This document shows positions 1 through 9,385 of a stretch of DNA of 64,000 bases, piece after piece. The translations under genes were made by a program, and so were the position numbers. Origin of the DNA: Rebecca billardiae RCC1528 (lineage: Eukaryota; Protista; Haptophyta). How positions within the stretch are numbered: position 1 is the first letter of the stretch; each line of letters begins with the position of its first letter. Where the stretch lies: positions 2,294,001 through 2,358,000 of the forward strand of contig OZ251223.1 of assembly GCA_965240325.2 (NCBI GenBank), given 5' to 3'. The notes under the pieces were generated by a model that saw nothing but the letters and a program-made list of their open reading frames with translations, searched no databases and was not told where the DNA came from.

Positions 1-885
1 AGCCACGTGCCGCGCTCGGACCCGCCGGCCAACGCGTGTGCCAACTGCGCGCGCTCGCCGACGGCGCTGCGCTGCAGCGGCTGCGCGTACGCGCGCTACT
101 GCAGCAAGGAGTGCCAGCGCGAGCACTGGGCCAAGCCGAGCGGCGCGCACCGGCGCGAGTGCGCCTCGGCCAAGCACAGGCTGCGACGCACCGTGCAGGT
201 GCTCAGGCACGCGAACGGCGCGGACGTGGCGGACCCGCAGCACCTGCGGCGCGGCACGCACTACGGGTACAGCTGAGCGAGCACGTGCGGCCAGGCGGCC
301 TTGGCGCGCGCCGATGGGCGCTCCGAGTGCGCGTGCGTCACGGCGCGCCGGCCGTGCCTCGGCAGCTGCCCACACCACGCGGAGACCAACCCGTTCAACA
401 GCGCGCGCCTCACGACAGGCGAGGTGGTGAGCGAGCTCTCCGCGTGTGCGCGCGCGCACCTGCCGCTGGTGTGCGCGCTCACACCCGAGCAGCTGGCCGC
501 GCGCTACCCGCTCGCGTGCATCGAGCGCTGGGGGAACCACGCCGGCGAGCACTCGGTCGCAGACGGCCGATCCGACGTGCCGCTGCGCGAGCTGCTCGGC
601 GAGAGCTTCGACGGGTGCGAGTGGTGCGCGGCCGACGGGGAGCAGCACTTCTGCTTCTGCATGGGGACGGCCGTGAACAACAACCTCGTGGAGCACTGCA
701 CCTTCTGCGGGCGCTGCTTCTACGAGTGCCACGAGTTCTCGCACTGCGCGCTCTGCCGGCACAAGGAGCCCGACGTGTGGGATGATGCGCGCAGCGACGT
801 GAACGCGCCGGAAGCGCTGTGGGCGTTCGAGGAGCCGTCGTGGGAGGCGCGCGGGCTTGCGCGGGAGGGCTACTGGGGCTACTAG
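1..885 (+). CDS. MYND zinc-finger protein with Cys/His-rich C-terminal region; one in-frame TGA at 274-276; probably 5'-incomplete at the window edge
   Basis: CANC..LRCSGC..ARYCSKECQREHW...HRREC is a MYND finger. ORFs 7-276 and 301-885 are the same frame, separated only by TGA. The downstream part has HFCFC and HCTFCGRC..C..HC..C clusters. Confidence 0.7.
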
Positions 886-1005
886 TTAGTGTACTAGCTT
901 TCTGCTCGTGGACCACGGTCGTCGTCACTACCAGCACTGGCATGCAGGCAGTCTGCTGCTGCTGACGATCGACGATGTCAGAAATATATATATATATATA
1001 TGCTG

Positions 1006-1685
1006 ACCATCTCGCTGAGCCAGTCGCGCTACAGGGTGAGCGACGGCCGCAACGGTGCGGTGCGCCACCGCGCGGAACTCGTCCCGCGCGAGCGGCGCAA
1101 GCAGCTGCAGCTCCTCGACCGCGAGGTCTACGGCACGCTTGAGGGCCAGGTGGGCCCATACGAGGCGCGGCTCGACACCTTCCCCGCGATCGTCCCGATT
1201 GTCGTGGGGGCGTTCGGCGAGTGGAGCGCGGAGGTGGACCTCACCCTCAAGAAGATCGCCAAGATGGGGCGGGACACGTGGCGCGCGCGCCTCAGCGCGC
1301 CCTCGCGCCCCGCCGCCGAGCGCGCGCTGCTCGGCACCATGCGGCGCGAGCTGGGCATGCGCTGCCTGCGTGGCCAGGCCAAGATGCTCATCGCCCGCGC
1401 GCGCATGGCGCACGTGCGCCCGGGGGCACGCGCCCGCGGGGGCGCTGCATACGACGACTACTTCGAGACGACGGCTGACGACGCGTGGCACCGCGACCAC
1501 CGCGGTGGCGCGTGCGCGTCGACGCCAGACGGTGCGTCGAGCTTCCGCTCGGCGATGGAGTGATGGGCGACTATGAGGGGGGGGACGACGGCGAGGAGCG
1601 CTGATCCTGGTGTTTGTCTCTGCTGCTCGATCTGCTGCTACAGCTTGCTGACTCTGACGCCTGCCCGTTGCATACCACGTCGTTA
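1006..1685 (+). mobile_element. 5'-truncated non-LTR retrotransposon, restriction-like endonuclease (CRE/R2-group) C-terminus plus 3' UTR
   Basis: The ORF has TISLSQSRY..GAVRHRA..VGP..RL..PIVVGAFGEWS, typical of RLE-LINE C-termini. It is flanked by the direct repeat ATATATATATGCTG (992-1005 and 1686-1699). A second copy lies at 4303-4816. Confidence 0.75.
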
Positions 1686-1893
1686 ATATATATATGCTGT
1701 CAAATGCAGCGCACAGAAAAAACCTTCGGACCACCAGGAAAACCCGAAAAGCGAATATAGAATATGTATTCAGCACTGGCGGCGTGCGCGCGTGCATCGC
1801 GCGCATCTTCCACGGCCGCCAATCAGCACGGTCCTCCCCAAGGGAGGTGCAATTGCGTTCGCGCTCTCGAGCCGAGCCGTGCGGCGAGCAGTC

Positions 1894-4051
1894 ATGGGGC
1901 TTCTGCGCGCCATCTCGCTTGGCGCTCTCGTCACGTCGATTGCTGCACACGCGCCGCTCCGCTCGTCCTCGTTCGCGCGGCCCGCTGCCGTGCGCGCGAG
2001 CGCTGCATCGCCCACCTCAGTCGTGGCGGTCGCAGCGAGCGATGTGCAGCAGTCGGGATCCATGGTGGACGACATTGTCGACCTGGCCGAGAAGAACTAC
2101 GTGAACAAGGCCAGCCGCATGCTGCAGACCCTGGAGAAGCGCGCCGTCCAGCTCCAGGGCATCCCGCGCGCAGAGCTTGGCCGTGCGTACTTGGCCGTGT
2201 GGGGATCCGCTGAGCGCACGCGGCGCTGGGGCCTGCTCATCACGATCTACGAGCATCTAGTGTCCGACAACGTGCTCACGATCACGGACGAGATGCACGA
2301 TAGCGCCCTCTACGCCTGCGAGCGCGTCGCCGACGGCATGCTCGCGGAGAAGATCGTGCGCGACGCAGGGGCGAACGCGGAGCGCTACAACCGTGCCATC
2401 CGCGCGCACACCAAGCAGCTCGAGGTGAGCGAGGCGGTGCGCCTCTACCGCGAGCTGCAGGGGGAGGGCTGGACGCTCGAGACGCAGACGATCAACCTCA
2501 TGATGCAGGTGTGCTACGCCATCAAGGAGGTGGAATACTCCCTCAAGCTCTTCAACGCGATGGACGCGCTCGGCGTGCCGGCCGACGAGCGCTCGTACGC
2601 GATCGCAATCCGGAGCGCGACGCACGAGAGCGTCGTCAACGCGGCGGAGCCGGGGAAGGAGGGGGCGTGGGTGATCGCGCTGCGCATGCTGAACGCCATG
2701 CGCGCGAAGCAGCAGGCGAAGGGCATGCCGAGGCTCGAGGGCGCGCCCGTCGTCCCGTCGGCCTCGTGCTTCGATGCCGTGATCCGCTGCCTGGTCAGCT
2801 CGGGTGCGCAGCCGGCCGCGCGGCCGCTTGCGCGCGCGCGCGCGCCGCTTTCGGCATGAGACGCACGCGGACTGACCGCGCGCGGCGCGCCCGCCCGCGA
2901 TCTGCGCGCGTCACCGCGGCCGTGCAGGCCAAGCGGGCAAGGCTGCTAGCGTGCTGGGGCAGATGATCAAGGCGGAGCACACGCCGTCGGTGGCGCTGTT
3001 TGCAGCGGTGGCGCGCGCGTGGGCGCTCAAGGGGCGCGTCAACGACGCCGCGGAGACGTTCGAGCAGATGGCCGAGCTGGGCGTGGCGCCCGAGCTGCCG
3101 AACGTGGCCGCGCTGCTGCTGGCATGCGAGCGCGTCGGCGACGCGCCGCGCGCGATCAAGGCGCTGCGCTCCATCCCCGAGCTCGGGCTGCAGCCCACCA
3201 CGCTCATCTACAACATGGCCATAGGCGCGTGCGCCAAGGGCGGCGACATCGAGAGCGTGCAGATGCTGCTCGCCGAGATGGACGCCGACTCGACGCTGCA
3301 GCCGGATATCGTCACGCTCAACACAGTGCTCGACGCTTACAAGCGGGCGCACAAGTGGGAGCAGGTGCTCGAGTTCCTCCTCGAGATGGAGGTGCGTCCC
3401 GCGCGCGTGCTGAGGCTGGAGCCACCACCGCGCGAGCACGCGCTGCCGTCGCGCATGCGCCCGCCGCAGGCCTGGCCCGTGCTCACCCAAAGCGCCGGCG
3501 GCCCGATCCGTGCGCGCTTTGGCGGTTGCGCACAGGAGACGCGCAAGATCGCGCCGGACACCGTGTCCGTCAACACCGCCATCAAGGCGTGCAAGGACGA
3601 GGAGCAGTTCGACATTGCGCTGCAGCTCTTTGAGGGCATGGGCGCGCGCGGCCTCACGCCCGACTCGGTGTCTTACGCTGAGGTGATCGCCGCGTGCGGC
3701 AAGGCGGGCAAATGGGATCGCGCGGTGACGGCTTTCGAGGCGGCGAAGGCGTCGCCTCTTGCCATGAACATCTTCATCTACAACGCCGTCGTCGGCGCCG
3801 CCGTCGCGTGCGAGAAGTCCGAGAGGGCGCTCGAGCTGATCAAGGAGATGCGTGAGGTCGGCCTCACGCCGGACATCGTCACGTTCACGACGGTGATGAC
3901 GATGTGCTCGCGGCTGGAGGAGTGGGAGGCCGTGCTCTTCCTGGCGTCGGAGCTGGACAACGCGGGGCTCTCGCTCACCAAGCCCCTGTTCAACCAGGTG
4001 CAGCGCGCACGTCAGGCGCTTGGTCTCGATCGCCAGTCGGCAAGCGTCTGA
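1894..4051 (+). CDS. Pentatricopeptide-repeat (PPR) protein, probably plastid-targeted; exons 1894-2803, 2928-3391, 3536-4051
   Basis: Repeated PPR motifs (PTTLIYNMAIGACAKGG, PDIVTLNTVLDAY, PDSVSYAEVIAACGKAGKW, PDIVTFTTVM). GT-AG introns at 2804-2927 and 3392-3535 join the frames. The N-terminus is hydrophobic, then Ser/Arg/Ala-rich. Confidence 0.9.
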
Positions 4052-4175
4052 GATGTGCAACCGCCGCCATCCCGGACTGCCTGCCGCAACTTAACCACTT
4101 ACCGGACGAGCAGCGCAGCCAGCTGCTGTATTCACTGACAGACTGTGTTGTTGCATGCATGCATCAGTAGTATAC

Positions 4176-4226
4176 TTATTATTATTATCATTATCATTAT
4201 CATCATCATTATTATTATTATTATTA
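4176..4226. repeat. (ATT)n/(ATC)n microsatellite
   Basis: Direct reading of ttattattattatcattatcattatcatcatcattattatt. Confidence 0.9.
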
Positions 4227-4302
4227 TGGCGCACGGCCCCCCCGAAAGGTCTGAGCGTGAGCGAAAGCCGGGGGGGGCGGCGCACGTGCTCCGCAAAATC
4301 AA
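4225..4302 (+). mobile_element. Terminal fragment of a repeat element beginning TATGGCGCACGG, also found at 62931
   Basis: Matches 62931-63014 apart from homopolymer lengths. Confidence 0.75.
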
Positions 4303-4813
4303 GTGGACCTCACCCTCAAGAAGATCGCCAAGATGGGGCGGGACACGTGGCGCGCGCGCCTCAGCGCGCCCTCGCGCCCCGCCGCCGAGCGCGCGCTGCT
4401 CGGCACCATGCCGGGCGGCGAGCTGGGCATGCGCTGCCTGCGTGGCCAGGCCAAGATGCTCATCGCCCACGCGCGCATGGCGCACGTGCGCCCGGGGGCA
4501 CGCGCCCGCGGGGGCGCTGCATAGTGCATACGACGACGCTACTTCGAGACGACGGCTGACGCCGACGCGTGGCCACCGCGACCACCGCGGTGGCGCGCGG
4601 CGCGCGTCGACGCCAGACACAGTGCGTCGAGCTACTGTCCGCTCGGCGATGGATGGAGTGATGGGCGACTACGAGGGGGGGGGGGGACGACGGCGAGGAG
4701 CGCTGATCCTGGTGTTTGTCTCTGCTGCTCGATCTGCTGCTACAGCTTGCTGACTCTGACGCTTGCCCGTTCACGTTGCCTACTGAGTACTGACGGGCTA
4801 ACTCCACGTCCGG

Positions 4814-4816
<3 letters not shown>
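4303..4816 (+). mobile_element. Second, more truncated and decayed copy of the RLE LINE, followed by (TA)n at 4817-4890
   Basis: Aligns with about 1234-1685 with many short insertions, and ends at the same GTTAA(TA)n boundary. Confidence 0.85.
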
Positions 4817-4863
<47 letters not shown>

Positions 4864-5077
4864 CACACACATATATATGTATATATATATTAATTATTAT
4901 AGGGACACGTGGCGCTTCAATGGCCTCGACGCAGGCGCAGTGCGTGGGCCCAAGTCATCGGCCAGTCCCGCCCGAAGTTGCGACGCGGCGGGCGAGGTCA
5001 CCGTCGGTCGTCCCAGCGGCGCCGCGCCGGACGGGCACCACGGGGGCGAAGCTTACAATTTTACTGCGTGGCGTGTA

Positions 5078-5940
5078 TCAGCTCGCGAGAGCTTCCTCGA
5101 GGCGATCGTAAGCTGCTCTTTGTTCCTCCTGCAGCTGCCGTATCCGCTCCATGTGCTCCGCTTCCACCTGGTCCAGCCGCTGGATATCCTGCTCGATCAG
5201 CTCCTTCTGCTCGATCTCGGCCTGCACGAGATGGATGAAGTCGCGCATCAGATACTCCTGCGCACCGCCGTGCGGCGGAGGGGGCGCAATGCGGTGAGCG
5301 CTCGGCGTGGCGGGCAGGGCAACCTCGATGGTCGTGGGTCCGCGGTGTGGTGCGTGGGACGCTGCCGGGCGCTGCGGGCGGCGACGGCGAGAGGGCTGAC
5401 AGCGCATACCTGATGTGCGATGCGCTGCTGCTCGAACCGCTCGGACAGCTCCTTGCGCCGGTTGCGAATGGCCTCGTGCCTGCCGGCGTTTCGTGTGCGG
5501 TCACGCTCGCGCACCTTCGCCGCCTCCTGTAGCACCTGCTGCTGCTCCTCGCGCACCTGGCGCGCCTCGCCGAGCTTCTCATTGTACATGCCGACAAACG
5601 CGCGCTGCAGCTTCTCCCGCTGCTCCGCCTTTTGGCGGAGGACTGCCTCGCGGCGCGCCTCCACCGCGGCCCGGCGCGCCCGATCGTGCTCGCGGCGCTC
5701 AATGGCGGTCTTCTTGTTGCGTTCGTGCGCCTGCACCAGGTGCTGGTTCCGTTCGCGCGCCAGCTGCACGCCCTTCTTCGCCTTGGCCTCCTCGAGCTCT
5801 AACCGCTTGATCCGATTCTCGAGTGCCTCAACCTCCTTCTCCGTCTGCTTGCGCCGCATGACCGTGCTGAGCACGGGGTTGCTGTACTCCATGCGCGTGT
5901 GACCCTGCATCAGCTCCGTGTACGCCGGATTGCCCGCCAT
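5078..5940 (-). CDS. Coiled-coil protein of unknown function; intron 5258-5409; start codon uncertain (5940 or 5979)
   Basis: E/K/R/Q-rich heptads (RRKQTEKEVEALENRIKRLELEEAKAKK). CAG|GTATGC donor and GCGCAG|GAG acceptor join two ORFs. Confidence 0.75.
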
Positions 5941-6152
5941 CTGCGGCCCGGACGACTGCCGTTCCAAGCGCCCATCCATCGTGCTCACCTCGCCGCTTGA
6001 TCAAGAGGGTTGGGTCTGGATGTGCGAAACGGTCCGGGCGCCAACCGTGGTCCGTGGCCACCGCTGAAAGCAAACCGAGTGAGAAACCGTGGCGCGCAAC
6101 GGCACGGCGGTTGCGGCAGTAGGCCGCGTCGGGCGCGAGGAGGCAGGGCGCG

Positions 6153-9108
6153 ATGCCGGGTGGGCATACGGACTACAAGAAGTGGGACGCTCTGGACGTG
6201 TCCGACGATGAGGAGGACGTCGCGCGCAAGAAGATGGCCAAGCTTCGCGACGAGATGTCGGAGAAGGAGCAGCGGCGGCTGAACGAGTGCATGACGCAGC
6301 CCGAGTTTCGCTCGCTGCTGCAGGAGTACCAAGAGGAGATCTCGGACCCGAAGAACCGCGAGGAGCAGGAGGTGTACCTGCAGCAGGTCGAGCGCGAGGC
6401 GCGCGAGGGGCGGGACGCCTCCGTGCCCGGCGTGCCCGGCACGGCGCCGCCGGCCGGGCAGCAGCTGATCAAGCCGTCCAAGGGGTTCGTCGTGAAGACG
6501 TGGCTCAAGCACAACCGGCAGAAGGTGTTCATCAACGTGGTGCACCACGCCGACATCGCCCCGCCCACCTCGCAGCCCGCCCGCGCCCCGGACGGCCGCA
6601 TGTCCGAGTCGTGGCAGCTGCCGCACATCATGTCGCCCGCGGCCAAGGTGGAGAAGGACGCCGCGGGGCACGAGTGCACCGCGTACGACGTGTGCTTCCA
6701 CACGGAGGTGCTGCGCCGCGGGGAGGTGCACGAGGCGTGGCGCAAGATGGTCGGCGGCACCGCCGTCGACTCGGTGCAGCGGCTGCACAAGCTCGAGTTC
6801 GTCGACGACGAGTGGAAGCTGCCCAAGCTGCGCTACTTTGGCAACTTTGGCCAAGGCCCGTCCGTGCTCACGCACAACAAGGCCGCGCACGACGCCAAGG
6901 CGGAGGAGCGCGCGCGCGAGGCGGCGGCGGTGGGCTCGGCGGGCGCGGGTGCAGGCGACACCGCGCGCCCGCCGCCGCCCGCCGCGCCCGCGCCGCCTGC
7001 GCCGCCGCCGTCGAAGCCTGCGGCCACGGCGCCGTCCGCGCCGCCCGCGCCGCGCGCGGCCCCGTCACCGCCCGCGCCGTCGGCCGCGGCCGGTCGCGCT
7101 CACGCCGCCGGCGGGCCGGAGACGCCGAAGCACACGCTGGTGCACAGCGGCACCCCGGTGCTCTCCGACTCGTTCAACGACCCACGCCTCGCGCCGAGCA
7201 CGCGCCCCGCGCGCCTCGTCCTCAAGGTCGAGCTGCCGAAGCTCGCGTCCGCGCGCACGGTCGAGCTCACGATCAGCGCGCGCGCCGTGCAGCTGCGCGA
7301 TGAGGACGGGCTGTACGCGCTGGCCGTCGAGCTGCCGTACGACGTGGACGAGGACGGCGGCTCGGCGAAGTGGGACAAGGTGAAGCGCATGCTCGCCGTC
7401 ACGCTGCCCGTGCTCGCGCCGCCGCCCGCGCCGCCGGCCGACGCGCGCGCGAGCTCGGCGGACGCCGAGGCGGAGGCGGCTGCTGAGGCCTTCGGCGAGG
7501 CGGCCGAGGCGGCGGCGAGCGAGGCGGCCGCCGAGGCGCGCGCGGCGCGCGAGCAGCGGGAGCGCGAGGCGGAGCGCGAGCAGCTGCGCGCGGCCGCCGC
7601 CGCCGCGCTCGCCGCCGAGCTGAACGACTCTGGCCTCGCGGGCGCAGCGGCGGAGCCGGCCTGCGACACGAACGCGCGGGGGCCAGCCGGGACAGGCTCG
7701 AGCTCGCCCGCGCCGCCGGCTGACGGCGTCCCGAGTCCCGGCACGGCCGAGCGAGGCGCGGCCGACGCAGCCTCGCCGCTCGGCTCGCCCGTCTCCGACG
7801 CGCCCGCCTCGGCGGACGACGCGCACGGCGGCACGAGCAGCGAGGACGGCGACCTCGTCGTCATCAATCCGGGTGACGTCCCTTCAGCCGCCGGCTGCGC
7901 GCCGGACTTTGACGCGCTGCTGGCGCGCGCCGAGCCCGCCGGGTACGAGATGCGGCAGAACGAGCAGAACGTGACGATGGTGTGCGCACCGCGGCGGCCG
8001 TGCGCCCTGCCCGCCGGGCGTCGCCACCGCGCCCCTCGCGCGCGGCTTGGCGCCGACGGCACACGCGCCCGCCCGCCCGCCGCGCTGCGCGCCGCGCGTA
8101 GGTGGTGGACGTTGAGGGGGCGCGGCGCGACAGCGCGCGGCTGCAGCTGAGCACGGCGGAGGTGTGCGTGCTCGTCGAGAGTGCGCGCGGCTGGCATGTG
8201 GCCCGCACGACGCTCGCCCACGACATCGTGCCTGCCGAGAGTCGGCTGGAGGTGCACGCGCGCGCCGCTCTCGCGCGCATCCCCACGCACCGCCCTGCCA
8301 CACGTGCCGCGTGCGCTCAGCCCGCACCACCGCGCGCCGCGCGCGCGCGCTCGCGTGCACTCGGCAGGTCCATGGCGACTTTGTCCTGGTGATCATGCGC
8401 AAGGCGGTGCACAAGGCGTGGGACGTGTGCGAGCGCGACGAGCTCACGCCGTTCGCGCGCAGCGTGCGCTCGCCGTCGGCGGACGAGCGCGACGCGCTGC
8501 GGCCAGCGCCCTCCCCACAGGGCGCTAGCAAGGAGGAACCTGCGCCATCGGCTCCGCCCGCGCCCACGCGCGCTCCGGAGGCGGCGAACGCGCCCGTCTC
8601 GCCAACCTCGAAGCCGACGGAGCCGGCCGCATCGAAGACGAGTCAGGCCGGCAGCTGTGCCGATGCCGACGCGCTGCTCACGGCGCGCGCAGCCGAGCCA
8701 GCAGCGACGAGCGCTTCGGCCGAGGCCAAGCCTGCGCCGGAGGGTGCCGCTGCCAGTCCTGAGGTGCACCGGGCAGCGCGCTCGTCGCCGTCCGCACCCA
8801 CCGGCGAGGCCCGGGGCGCGGTGGAGCCCAGCGGTGGCGCCATCTCTGTCTCCCCCGCTGCAGACGCGCCGCAGGCTGAGCAGACCGCGGCTGCGACTGC
8901 TGAGTCGGCCGGGTTGGCCGCTGGGCCCGTGCCCATCACGGCGGACAGTGTCAAGCAGCAACCAGCATCCGTGGACAGCGAGCAGGGCATCGCGCATCCT
9001 GCGGCGTCACGCAATCCCGCTGCCGTGCCAGGCGTGGCGCTATCGGGGCCCGCTCAGCAGGCTCCTGTGCCACGCCTTGCAGACGCTTTGCTCTTCGAGC
9101 TCGACTGA
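6153..9108 (+). CDS. DNAAF2: Kintoun/PF13 dynein axonemal assembly factor 2 (PIH1 + CS domains); introns 7980-8101 and 8252-8367
   Basis: EFRSLLQEYQEEISDPKNR, PSKGFVVKT, KVFINV, W.LP..MSP and YDVCFH mark PIH1-N. VELPKL...LPYDVDEDGGSAKWDK..LAVTLPV marks a CS domain, and a second CS domain appears after splicing. The C-terminal LLFELD resembles the DNAAF2 tail. Confidence 0.85.
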
Positions 9109-9385
9109 CGAGCAGCCCAGCAGCACAGTCTCAGTGATTCTACTGCGACTCGGTGCCAACTGCGGCCAGCACGTCATCAGCGGCACCCGTGCGGGCCGTG
9201 GCAGAGGGCGAGGCGCGGATCCATCTGCGCCTGCGTCTGCGACTATACTGCGCGAGTTATTATTAAGCGCGTCGTACTCGCTTATAGCTATACCGCCGCC
9301 ACTACCGCGCGCGCGCGCCGTCAAATGCAGCTTGTTTACTGACGATGAAATCAGTATATAAGTAGCCTGCTATATATGTACTATA

